64,000 bases of DNA from Balanoglossus misakiensis (lineage: Eukaryota; Animalia; Hemichordata). This document shows, piece by piece, positions 51,695 to 64,000 of this stretch (positions are counted from its first letter, which is position 1; each line of letters begins with the position of its first letter). The position numbers and the translations under genes are program-made. Location: positions 7,852,390 to 7,916,389 of the forward strand of contig CM082580.2 of assembly GCA_040954595.2 (NCBI GenBank). Direction: 5' to 3'. The notes under the pieces are model-generated. The model was not told where the DNA came from. It was given only the letters and a program-made list of their open reading frames with translations, and did no database searches.

Positions 51695-54600
51695 ATGTCG
51701 ACGCTGACGAAGGAACAACTTCAAAGGATCGAAGAAAACAAGAAGAGGGCGTTGGCAAAGCGTGCCGAAAAGTTATCCCAACAACAAACAGGACTTGGAG
51801 GTGCAAATAATAATCCAAAAAGTGCGCAACCAAGGCCACAGACAAACCCTGTTGGACACGGACAAGGTCAAAGGGTGACACAAGGTCAAACAGGTCATTT
51901 GAGGACACAACCTGGAAGCCCACTGCAGAGCAAAAGTAAACAATTGATTCAAGGTACAGTTGGCCAATTTTCAAAGAACCCTTGTGCACAGCCCCCAGAT
52001 CCAAATAAACAAAGTATTAAAGCACCACATAGGTTTGGAGTATCTTCCCAGTTTTCCAAACCTAACAGTGACCGGCCGGTGAATGTTTCTCTACCAACAT
52101 CAAACTCTGACGACAGGAGATTTACTCAAAGAATCCAACAGAATGCAACTGAGCCTGTGAGTGTGGCAAAAACCGACAGTGTGAATCCAGGTGCCACCCC
52201 AACTGGTGTGGTCAGTGTGAAGAGCTTCTATTCATCAAGCAAAACCAGTGGGGCGGGTAGTTTTCAATCCAAGTCAACTCTACAAAATAAATGGACAAGC
52301 AACAAAGCAGCAAGGGATGGCCAATCGTCGCACCGTAAAATTCCACAAGTGGGAGGATCCCCACCATCAAAATTAGCACCACTCTTTGGAGGTGCGAAAA
52401 CCATCAAAGGAGAGTGTGAACTGATCTCCAGAGACAGATTTGTTGTCAATGTTGGATTTGATTCTCAACTTGTGGATGCTTTCAAATCAATAGAAAGCAG
52501 GAGTTATGGTAAGCTGAATCTATAAGACAGATAGATTTATAGTTGAATCTCCATAGATATTTTCATCTCGTTTCTGTACATGTACTGTTTGGAATAAGCA
52601 ATATACCAGTACATTGTGTTTGGAAAAGGTAGCATTTATCAACCAGTACCTTTTGGGCTGTGTTACCTGACAAATAAGTATTGTTTAATTTACAGATGCC
52701 AGTACCAAGAAATGGACCTTTGTCTTGAAGGATTACAGCAAACTGAGTATGTTAAAATGGTTGACTTATTCTTTTGAACTAGACTGTAACATTTGATTGG
52801 TTGCTCATTAAGACAACTGCATTTAATGTGAATTAAATTCTAATGCAAAACTATGAGTGCCAAGAAAAATGATAAGAATTATATGAGATTTTCAACAGAG
52901 ATATGTTTTTTTTCCATTTTTTAGTGGAAACTGTGAAGGCACTGTCAGTTCAAATTGATCCACTGCCATCCACAGTACTGAGGGCATTTCGTGCTCAGTT
53001 GAAAGGAGAGGTTGTATCCAGAGAGATACCGGAACATAACTTGAACAATGTTGACAGCAAACTAGTGGATGCCTTGATGCCATTCCAAAGAGAGGGAGTC
53101 AAGTAAGTCTGTCGTTCACGTTCAACATGTTCAAGCTTCAATGCGCAGTACAAAAAATAATCATACAGCCTGCAGTGGCAGTGTTATGCATTATTGCATG
53201 TCCTTCCCTGTTATGATGATACTCCACCATGATTATTATTTTTTTCTTCAGTTTTGTGATCTCCCGTCACGGCCGGACCTTGCTTGCCGATGACATGGGT
53301 CTGGGTAAAACCATCCAGTCCATATGCGTTGCGTGTTATTACAGAACAGAGTGGCCACTGCTGGTCGTCGTGCCGTCGTCAGTCAAGCTAACATGGGCAG
53401 AGGTGAGCATCTTGAGTTTTCTAGCTGTCAGTGCGAGAAAAAGCCATGGATTTTGAGAATTTTTTCAATGCTTTTTCCACGTATCATTTCGTTTCTTATC
53501 TCCCAATAGCATGTTAAAATGCTCATTCTACATGCTCTCAAAACTAGAACTTCCTGTAGTTATGGTTTCACCAACATTTACTTTTCCATTTCTCTTCTAT
53601 AAAGGCTTTCAGACGATGGGTACCGTCGCTAGATCCCCAGAGGATCAACGTCGTCATGACTGGAAAGGACAGTGTCACGTCCGGCCTCGTCAACATCATC
53701 AGTTACGACATGATGACCAGAAAGTCCGCGGAACTGAAGTCGAAGAAATTCCAAGTTGTCATCATGGATGAGTCGCACTCCCTGAAGAATTTTAAGACCG
53801 CCAGAACAAAAGCTGCCATGCCAGTCTTGAAGGTATAATATTGCATGTGCAAGTATATCTTTGCAGAATCACGACGTTTAGTACAACAATCTCCTTGTAC
53901 ATATAGTTCATTCCACAACTACTTCTATATGCCAGTATAATAAAGTGACCCCATCACTTAAGGAGACTAATTGGAAACAATCATCAAATCAATTTTCATT
54001 ATTTTGTCCACACACAGGCTGCCCCGAGAGTGCTTTTGTTATCAGGAACACCAGCTTTGTCCAGACCGTCTGAGTTGTACACACAGGTAGCAGCCGTGGA
54101 TCCCAAACTGTTCCCATCCTTCCATGAATTTGGTGTCAGGTACTGTGCCGGACATCAGGTAAGCACAGGGTGACCATTATGGAGAGAATATTATGCATAA
54201 TTTAACACTTTCGAGAAGGAAATAACAATTTGACTGTGATTAGCTTGGACCATGAGAATCATCTCTGACTTTTCTCCCTGTTTTCTTTAGAATCCCTGGG
54301 GCTGGGACTATTCAGGTTCATCTCACATGACAGAACTGCAGCTATTGCTTGAAGAGAGGATTATGCTGAGAAGGCTGAAGAAGAATGTCTTGAAGCAGTT
54401 GCCAAGTAAAACAAGGCAAATGGTGAGCTGGTGTGGCTTTGGCAGTTTCTGTATTGTCTTTGAACCAATTTTGATTGTGTAAGTACAACCTAGAAAAGTT
54501 GATTTCGTTTGACTGTATAAATTAATATTCTATGATATTTTGCCTCACTGTGATTGGACAGATTGCAATGGACCCAGGTGTTGTCAAGACCAACAGCCAA

Positions 54601-56640
54601 TCACTGAAAGCGGCTGCTAAACAGATGGTCTCAGCTGGAAAGAATGTAAGTCAACCAGAGCAACTACTCATCACATATTTGGTTTAGTAGCTGACATCTT
54701 GTTCAATCAACTGAGCATTAAGATTTTTACTGTACGTTTCTATGATCGTACGTGTGCCATGAGGTAACATCCCTGGTTGTTCTTTGTACATTTCAGAAAA
54801 AAGAACAGCGTGGAGCTTTGCTGCAGTATTTCAGTGAATCGGGAAGTGCCAAAATTCCAGCAGTCAGGTAGGAACCTGCCCTGCAGTTATAATGCTGGCT
54901 GGCTGGTCTATATTGATGTATTACACTGTTTTCTTACATCAACTAAAACAATCAAGATATTACATTTTGTACTACACATCAAGTTTACTGATGTCTACTG
55001 TATTTTCTTTTATAGTGGCTATATATTTGATTTGCTGGATAGCGGACATAAATTCCTCATCTTTGCTCATCATCAGACCATGCTGGACTCACTCAGCCAA
55101 TCCCTGTCTGACAAGGTCAGTGGCAGATTTGTAATTTTATTTTACTTTGCCACCATTTGTATCAAGATTATTACAGAGATTATAACTGAATGGATAAAGG
55201 CTGCTGCAAAGGTTGGAGAGGTCAGTTTTGATAAAATACTCTAACAATATAACTTTTATTCCTGTTGTTGTTTTGATGTTGCAGGGTCACAACTACATCC
55301 GTATTGATGGCACCACTTCGTCGGAGAAACGCAAACAGCTGTGTGACAGATTTCAGAGTGACGACAACTGTCATGTGGCGCTTCTGTCCATCACGGCTGC
55401 CAGCACTGGTCTGACGTTGCATGCCGCATCCCTGGTGGTGTTTGCTGAGCTCTTTTGGAACCCAGGGGTAAGTTGTGATCATCACAATTCAACTTGCATT
55501 CAGTCAGACTTTAACTTCATCAAAGGGCTGAGCTGTCGTCTTTGTGTCTATTTTGACTATAAAACTATTAATGAGCCCTTGTGTCTTCTAGTATCTGGAA
55601 CGGTATTCATCAACTCGAGCTATATATGTATAACCAGAATTGTAGGTGAACATTGGAAAAGCCAACTACAAACAGTAACAATGCATGTTACACATAATAC
55701 TACATATACATGTACACTCTCTCTCTTGTGCAGGTATTGGTCCAAGCAGAAGACCGGGTTTACAGAATTGGTCAGAAAAACTGTGTCAACATTCACTATC
55801 TGGTTGCCAAGGGAACAGCAGATGACTACATATGGTGAGTGCATCACAGATGGGGAATTGTGAATAAACATGTTTGCATATCTAATTTTTTTGTGGACTG
55901 GTGTCCTTAACATTGCCACTGTTGAACTAGTTAACTTTTTCATTATGGGACTGGTGTACATATTACTTCTTCAGGCCCCTGGTGCAAGAGAAACTAAACG
56001 TTCTAAGCAAGGCTGGCCTCACCAAGGATGACTTCTCAAAAGCAGACACCAAATCACTGAAGGTAATGATCTGGCTGTTTGAATTCAGTGTAGAATCTCA
56101 ATGAAATATAATGAAATATACTGTTTTGCAATCAAACACTTGTTGTAAGGGTGTTAGACTATAATCAGTTGACTCGATTAACTTTTGATGATGAGTAAAC
56201 ATTTTATTATGCTGTAATATTGCACTGGCTGATGTTTTTTCTTTCCTTAATCATCACAGGACCCAAAACAGAAGAGCATCCTGAACTTCTTTGAAGAATC
56301 TTTCATGGAGGAAGTCGGAGATGAAGAACTGCAGGAAATAGCTGCACTAGAAGCTGCGGTTTGTGCTGAGGATAGTGCTGAAGCTGACAGCGGAACCGAT
56401 CAAACTGTACGGGACGAGCCACCGGCAGGTGTTGGGAGGGAGAGAGGGGTGCAGGATGGAGGGGAGGAGGGAGACACGCGGGGGAGTGCAGAAACTACTG
56501 TGGGCCTGCAGAGAAATAAAAAAGTGCCAATGAGGAAACAAGCATCGCTGTTTCAGGTGACCGGGGCTGCGTCCACTGGTCGGGAGGACGATAGCAGTCA
56601 GGACGAAGAACCCGTCATTAAGAGAGTGAGGAGGAGGTAG
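51695..56640 (+). CDS. SMARCAL1: SMARCAL1/HARP annealing helicase (SNF2 family)
   Basis: About 14 exons. N-terminal RPA-binding [20 protein letters not shown], a HARP domain ([27 protein letters not shown]), [73 protein letters not shown] at 56638-56640. Confidence 0.96.
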
Positions 56641-57565
56641 CAAACAGACATGCTCTTATGGTTTCATTGTCGTCTGAGATTTCAAAATGTTATATTTCCA
56701 CTGATTAGAAGAGTGACTTTTGTGTGAGTAAAGTCGTTCTTCTGTAAATTATAGAGAATACATTATTCTAAAGACAAGATGGAGCAGGGTCTGGCCAGCG
56801 AGACTACATACGAGAGTATATTTACAGCCGTTTGCAAGCAAACATTTCCTGCATTTACTATTTTGTATGAATAACAAATCACACAAAAAGGGTCAGAGGA
56901 AAGTGGTCTGTCCGTTCATGTTCAACTTGTCAACTTCTTACTCGTTGATGATATTGTTGCTAATATTAAATCAGTTTAGCAAAACACTGCCACTGTTATT
57001 CATGGCTTTGAAAATATTTAATCAAATGAAGTCACCCCTCACTAGTCACACAAGTTATTTTTTAGTTTTATTTCTTCATACATGATGGTTAACAAATTCC
57101 ATTACATACCAGTAAATTACAATGTTCAATATACCGGGCTCATATGCAGGTTTACAAGTATTTTGATGTTTTTGTACAGGGGAAGTCTTTGTGACAGGTA
57201 AATACGTCAATTTGTAGAACTGAGGTCTTAATAATTTGTATAGTAAAAAATATAGTATTTGTGTTGTAAAGGATTGTCCAATACTGAAATTTACACTGCA
57301 CAGGAGGATACATCAAGACAACCTGCCTAAATCATCATGACATTAGCAATATCATCCTCTAAGATTTCAGCTGATAGGTCTGGAAGAAGATGTACTGATT
57401 CAGTACATCTACATGGACATCGAGAGTGGCTTTCCTGTGAGAAACAATTCTCTTATCTTTCACCGACACTGGTGACTGGAGCAAAATGTGACTTCCATCT
57501 GGTTTTGTTCTGGTCATGTCCGATGAAACTGAACGATTATCTTTGGGTTGCACAATTGACAGGGT

Positions 57566-59728
57566 CTAGAATACAACTTGAGGTCTCAGATGCGGCTGGA
57601 ATTTGTTTCCCTTGACAGCGAGATTGAGAGAACTTTTACGCTTCCACTGCTGGACAACTTTGAGGTCCTTGATTTTACGCTGGGCTGCTTCACCTGGAAT
57701 ACACAAGAGAGAAATGCGGCATTAATTATTGAACAGCAAAATCAAGGAATTGTCGTCGCCAAAGTACAGTTACGCCATACCTACAGTACTAGGCTGAACG
57801 ATCACACCAAAAAGGCGAGTCTCATTCAAGGGTAGCAGTTGCCTCAATCCAGCCTCTGGGTGACAAGAAACCTGTGGAACTTTGGAAAATCTGCAATAAC
57901 TATGGGGCTATATTCTAAACTGAGTACTGACTCACCTGTGACTCCTGTCCAGCCAAGAGCCTTGTACTGCGAAATCACCCGCCCAACAATGGCGCGATTC
58001 TTGGAGGAAGCGAGAACCGGCGTTCTACGAGTGGGAGGAAGATTCTGCTTGTAATATCTCATCAGATCACGGTGGCCAACCTTTGCACCTGGAAACAATT
58101 CACAAGTAATTTCAGTTAATTCTATTTTAAAATGAAACTGGCTAAACTTGCACAGATTTTCATATACATTTGACTGCCCAACCAGAAACGGTGATTAAAC
58201 AACAACAAAATGTTAACTCACCAGAGGGTAGAACAAGTTCACCATCCTCGTTGACCTCAACAGCTTTCTGTTCCTCTTCTTGATCATCATCACTATCAAC
58301 ATCCATATCATCTTCATCATTGGCATCACCATGGCCGCTGCTGCCACTAGCCCCTCTTTCAGCATTCCTAGCTGCTCTCTTGGCTTGGCGTTCCTTGTAG
58401 TCTGGGTAGCTCCTCCTGTGTGTTGTCAAATCAATGAAATTGTCAGCATCAAAAGTGTGCTTCCTTCACTTGACATCAAAATGAACAAGATGATGAGACA
58501 TATCCTGGCACTTTTAATACTAGTACAATATGTATGTTAGTACCATGGTACATACCTGAAGTCATAGAAATCCGCATATTCATAGATAGCATCACCTTCG
58601 TAAAGTAATTTACAATGGCCTTTATCTTTCATGTGACTCTGTGCAGCTTGCAGTGAATAGAAAGCTTTGCCTTTGTCATTACACCACAGACAAACAAAAC
58701 CTTCGCCAACTTTCTCACCTGTGGGAACAAAATGGAAGGTCTGTGAGAGACTGACTTTATAACAAGTGTTTCTGACAGGATAAAACACGAAAAAAGTCAG
58801 AAAACATTCATGTGTGTGTTGGAAAGTTATTTCACTCACCTAGGTATGAGAGGAAACCTTCCAGATCAATCAGGTACTCAATATTTGGAAGGAAGAAACT
58901 GTGTTCTTTGGTCATATGTTCAACATTGGCCTCCAAGGAAGAGCTTGATTGTGAACAAAATAAACAGTCTGTTGCTGGTATGGCATCTCCTTCAACTTCT
59001 TCCCATGATCCATCACTGTCTGCGTCCATATCTGGAAGTCATTATTATTTTATAGTAATTTGCTATATGTAGTTCTAAGGACTTGTGAGTTATTGGGATA
59101 TATTTTAGACAGAAATGTAGTACCACCTGATCAAATTAAAGACAGGGAATGTTAACTGTTAATTCTTACCATCATCTTCTGTCACGTCTTTCATGGAAAC
59201 TTCATTTGTTTTCATTTTCTTCCTGCTTCCTCCAGAGGGCTCTCCACCACTGGCACCTGAACTCCTCTCCCGGTTTTTGTCTTCACTTCTCGTCCCGTCT
59301 GCTCTGTAACCGGCCCTCGCCAAATTCATCGCGTTCTTCAGGGCCAGCTCGGGGTCCTCGCTCTCCAGACCCTTCTCGGCGTTCTTGGCCTGCTTCTTCT
59401 CCAGATCCTCCTGGATCTTCCTGCTGAGTCTGGCCTCCGCTTCCTTGTGCTTCTTGGACTTCATGTGGTTCTCGTAGGCGTTCTGCGAGCTGAAGTGTTT
59501 GTTGCAGATGCTGCACTGGGAGGAGGTGTCCCTGGCCTCCTCTTCCGTCTGCGCCCTCTGTGCCAGCACTCTCTGTTGGAAGTTCTCCGCGGTCACGGGC
59601 GGCATGTCGGCCACCTTCCTCTTCAGGTTGTAGCGATGCCAGTCGGACTTGTAGTGTGCCCTCTGTATGTCTGCACTGGCAAATGCCACGCGGCAACTGA
59701 TGCAGGTGTACTGAGCTGCCATACTCAT
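57566..59728 (-). CDS. ZNF622: Cytoplasmic 60S maturation factor ZNF622 (Rei1/Reh1 ortholog)
   Basis: YTCISCRVAF..QRAHYKSDWHRYNLKRKVA, CSICNKHF..HMKSKKH, CLFC..HMTKEHSFFLP, CLWCN..HMKDKGHCKL, ELVLPSGAKVGHRDLMRYYKQ, ending HLRPQVVF-stop at 57566. GT-AG exons throughout. Confidence 0.95.
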
Positions 59729-60625
59729 GATACTGAAAGCAAGACACACAAGAGGGTTAGAGGTCATACATCTTGAAGGCTCTATATTCTGGAAAACTGA
59801 CAGGAATTGCTTGCTACTCTATGTAAAATGGTAACATTGGTCAATTATCAATTATGAATGACAGCAATTATGGCATGCCAGTCTTAAACTACAGTGTCAC
59901 ATGGATGTCCCACATGCAGAATGTGAGTTCAGCAGAAACAGATAACATCCTACATGATTCATCATTACTTGTCAATGTACTTAATATGAATTTTAGACAT
60001 GGTTCCCTTTACTTAGTAAACCTGTCTGACCACAGATGAAGTACTGGTATCGTATGGTATTCGGGAATTTCTACAAGCATAGCCATTACTATAAAATACA
60101 GGAGTTAACACATGATACATATCACAACAATACAAAACATGTGACCTATGAAATGTACACAAACAACTCCACCATAAACACCTAAAGAAGACGCTCATAT
60201 GTTCTGTTACCTGGTTAACTGCAGTAGTAATGTCAACCACGTTTCTTTGAACTAAACTAGGCTTGTCGTGAACAGCTCAGAATTGGTTTAAACTATCCTG
60301 CAGCTGCAACTTTGTTTTATCACGTCAGGCTACTTGTTGTGCAATCATATGGCAATCCCTTCGCCCTGACCTTTGAACCGGAAGTTTTTTTCTAGGACGA
60401 TGTAGAACATAAACTGAGTCTGGCATTACGTATAAATCTGGATATCCCGTTTGATCTAAAAAAAGTGCATTTCAGGAAAATAAAATGTAAAAGCTTTTAT
60501 TTAGAGAGCCGGCTGAAAATATTTGTACTCTGCATGCAGCACAACAAAAATAAGTCTTGAACGAGGTCAATAACGCACGCCTGCGCAATCGTTCGCCCTC
60601 TTACGACTGGAACCATTGACGAACC

Positions 60626-61921
60626 ATGGTGAGTGCAGCAAACGATGCACATAATCCGTTTCATCTTGGCTCTCCCCCGTGAAATTTCCAATTTTTCGAC
60701 AATAAATATACACTTTGGTTATTAAACTATTTCGTGGGATGGATTTTCCCCCTTCTGTCGTCGAATTCGTTGATGATATTGTTCACTAAAGTCCCTTGAC
60801 CGAATGCCATCTTCTCTCAGTAGTAAGTTTACCCTTGCCTTGGCACCGGTATCCCCCTTATATAGCATCTGGTAAATCACTGATCAATTCTATAATTCAT
60901 GGCAGAACGTCACTTATTTCTTAGATTTAGTACATCTCAACAGGTGCGTTATTCCGTCGTTTAATATGACAGTTTTTGGTGCCCTCTCATTACCAAGTAG
61001 GGTTTGTTTACAACCGTGAAATCAACATGACAAGTATGGCTATGGCTTCTTCGCTTTTAATTTACCAGGACAAAGCTGTGTAATACAACTGTCATTGTTG
61101 CAATGTTGCAGGCCAAGCGCACCAGAAAGGTCGGAGTTGTGGGCAAATATGGCACACGTTACGGTGCCTCCCTCAGGAAAATGGTCAAGAAAATTGAAAT
61201 CACACAACATTCAAAATACACATGTACATTCTGTGGAAAGGTAAGAGCTGATGTGAGATGGTCTTTGATGTCGTGGGGGGGGGGGGGGATCATGTTTGAA
61301 ACTGGACTAAACAAGTGGCAAGCTATTGATTTAGTATTCCCAGCACTAGTGAAAGGATGATATCAATGCAATTATGATGTATGAGTATGACCTGGGAAAG
61401 TTGCATGTTGTTAGTCTTTTTACTTGACCACTTTCCTTTTAGGAAAACATGAAAAGGAAAGTTGTGGGTATCTGGCATTGCAAAAGCTGTAAGAAAACCA
61501 TAGCTGGTGGTGCGTGGGTTTACAGGTAAATCTATATTTACTTTTCTCTCTCTCGAAATTTGTCTTACGAACAGAGCTGTTTACATTGTGTCACCTGGAT
61601 AAAACAAGAAAATTTACCAAAAGATTAATTGCATTGATGGGTAGTGGCATGGCTTGGTATCAAGATGAAATATAGTAAAATGTGCAAATTGTAAGATAAT
61701 TGACATGACTGTATCTTGAGCCCTTTCACCCCCAGTTCCTTCTATAGAGGTCCAAACTTACCATAGAAAACAATGGGTTTGGTCTGAACCATGGTGGTGA
61801 AAGGGTTAAAGTTTAGTCTGCATTTAGTAACCTAACTTTGTCTTTTCCTCATTACAGTACAACTGCTGCAGCTACAGTCAGAAGTGCCATTCGACGTCTC
61901 CGTGAAACCAAGGAAACATAA
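60626..61921 (+). CDS. RPL37A: 60S ribosomal protein L37a (eL43)
   Basis: Exons 60626-60628 (ATG|GTGAGT, preceded by pyrimidine tract CCCTCTT, TCT/TOP-like), 61112-61240, 61443-61525, 61858-61921. They give [66 protein letters not shown]. Confidence 0.97.
61717..61809. mobile_element. ~90-bp piggyBac-like MITE, copy 2, in RPL37A intron 3
   Basis: CCCTTTCACC...GGTGAAAGGG 10-bp perfect TIR followed by TTAA; homologous in inverted orientation to 736-828. Confidence 0.75.
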
Positions 61922-64000
61922 GCAGCACTCAGAATTTTTCGACTGTGGTTTTGTAACATTCTTTTCATTTTGTTGCGATTAAAGAGCAGAGTTGCGACGG
62001 TAAACGAGAACATTGTGTCATGTTATGATTGAATTAGGGGTACAGCACATCATTGTAAACTACCACGGTAGTCTGTTTCCCATTGAAATCAGCCAGAGGT
62101 TTATTCTTCACATAGCATCATCATGATCATGGGTGGAATTAAAAGCTCTGGCTCATGAGAATGGGATTGCCACCTTGATGTATGATTTGGTGATGTGTTA
62201 CATGTACTGGCATTTGGGATAATAAGTGAATGCAGGTTTTTGGATCTCTCATTCCAATTCACCCATTTTGTCTATCAGCTGTGATCTGTGTGTTCTGACC
62301 TTCAGGGCAGCAGAGTGGTGGCAGGTGCACAAGTACAGACAGAGACTACATTTACAGAGGTGAACTACATCTTTATTGACAGCTGCCCAAATAAAACATT
62401 AGTCTACAACCTCACATGAACAATCAACACTGTAAATATCTCAGTAAAAGCATATTTTCCCTGCAACATAACTGAAGATATATAAACTAAAAATTAACAT
62501 AACAGCGAAATGAAAATTTACAATATTACTTTTGAACCATGGTTCTTTTGGTCTACATTGGTAAGAGTACAAGCATTGTCCTGATTGGCTGTTCCATTAC
62601 CATGACAGCTGTAGCAGCCAATCAGTGTACACTTTGCTCGGGGAAAGGTGGACCATGCCACTTCAAAGTGGTTTCAGTGAAGCCTGACTATGAATCCTGC
62701 TACTGGCATAAGTGTGGAATTCTGGGTAAAATGGCAGAGGTCGAAGTTCACTGGACAGAGTGACATGACTATGGATGGAAGAGCTTTGGAACTACAAAGA
62801 GGTGCATTCGGAAGACACAGTGAGATCTAAAACGTTGTGTGGACTTACAAAACTACTAGAACTTCATCAGATGGCAAAGATGGCAATTATGCTTACCTAA
62901 TCACTGACCATGTTGCAGAGGGAACTTCGCCCCAAGTCTGGGTAAAAGACGCAGGTCTACTGCAGGTAAAGTAATTAATTATGAATCAAAATGTGCACTG
63001 TGTTGTTATAAACATGTCAAAATGTTAAAGCACTTATAAAGCCCTGTGCTGGGTCATCCAAAGTGGCAAATAATTTTTGCGACCACAAGGTTGCCAGTAA
63101 TGACAACTTCCCGCAAAGGCCACCTAGTATAACGATGAATTTTCCAGGCAGAAAATCAACTTGGGGAACAGAGCTGCTCTAAATTGCAGCATAATCATGT
63201 TCCTGTCCACGACAATTTTCCATATACATGTTTGTACGTTTCAAAAGCATGATCATAATCTGAATATCAAACAGTAGTAATCGTGTGAATTTAATTACAC
63301 TAAATTATAAAACTTACATGTAACCAGTACACCTATCAAAGACAGTAATAATTTACCAATTTTTCTTGTGTATATTGTAATTCATAAAATAATTTAGACT
63401 GTAATTATACCTTGAATGTACACTTAAAATCTGTAGTAAATGCAGCACTATTCTTATTAAAATAAAAGCCTCTGGAGATTTACAGGCAATATAATACCAT
63501 CACAAAACTGACAACAGTGGTCAAAATAAGGTAAATTATGTCATGGGGGACCAACAGATTCTAACTGGAGTACACTACACTTTATGATGCCTGTGAAAAA
63601 CATGACCAGAGTGATTGAGAGGAGAGAGACACCTTAAAATTCACAGTTATGTGCAAAGAACCATGATATGGACTCACAAAGCACCATAATATTTTCATAT
63701 ATGAACTTCACCAATGAAGAGAATACATCTACTTATAACACTCCTTAAGATATACATAATGTATCAGCTCTGGAGATATTCTGAAATGTTTACGAAGTGC
63801 AAATTGCACTCAACTGGTTTATGAAACAATCACAAATCGTTTTGTTTTTTTCACTATACCATTTACGTATCTTGACCACAGCTGATTTTCTATAGGCTAG
63901 AATAATATGGTGTTACTAATCCCTGTGGTCAAACAAGTTTACACACGTCTGATAATATTGTTGAAAAAAATAAAAAGTCAAAAAAATTTGATATTTCAGA

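Noticed and set aside
59860-59968. C/D snoRNA in ZNF622 intron 1 (minus-strand ATGATGA...CTGA)
   Set aside because: C box and an internal CTGA are present, but there is no terminal D box at a suitable distance and no identifiable guide target.

Overview
Gene-dense, AT-rich eukaryotic DNA with short GT-AG introns and frequent TACATGTA, most likely from a marine invertebrate; the species cannot be determined from the sequence. Exon stitching supports these genes in order: 3' part of DNAAF1/LRRC50 (+), BORA (-), an omega-class GST (+, one GC-AG intron), two intronless-CDS aerolysin/ETX-MTX2-like pore-forming protein paralogs (+) in a CpG-rich 13-kb island, ASNS (+), an intronless GT-A glycosyltransferase (-), SEC22A (+), a matrin/U1-type zinc-finger plus RGG protein (-), tRNA-Met(CAT), an 11-exon coiled-coil/RWD-like protein resembling Zwint/Sos7 (-), PSMC3IP/HOP2 (-), SMARCAL1 (+), ZNF622 (-) and RPL37A (+), plus MITEs and microsatellites. 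The strongest leads are (1) the leaderless beta-pore-forming pair, which shares an identically spaced E-box/CCAAT promoter module and has nearby kB-like sites, and (2) a ~355-nt bulged intronic hairpin next to a 25-nt microexon in the zinc-finger gene, which buries the splice sites of a candidate poison exon and suggests dsRNA-based autoregulation. All gene calls come from manual translation and motif recognition; no searches were run.
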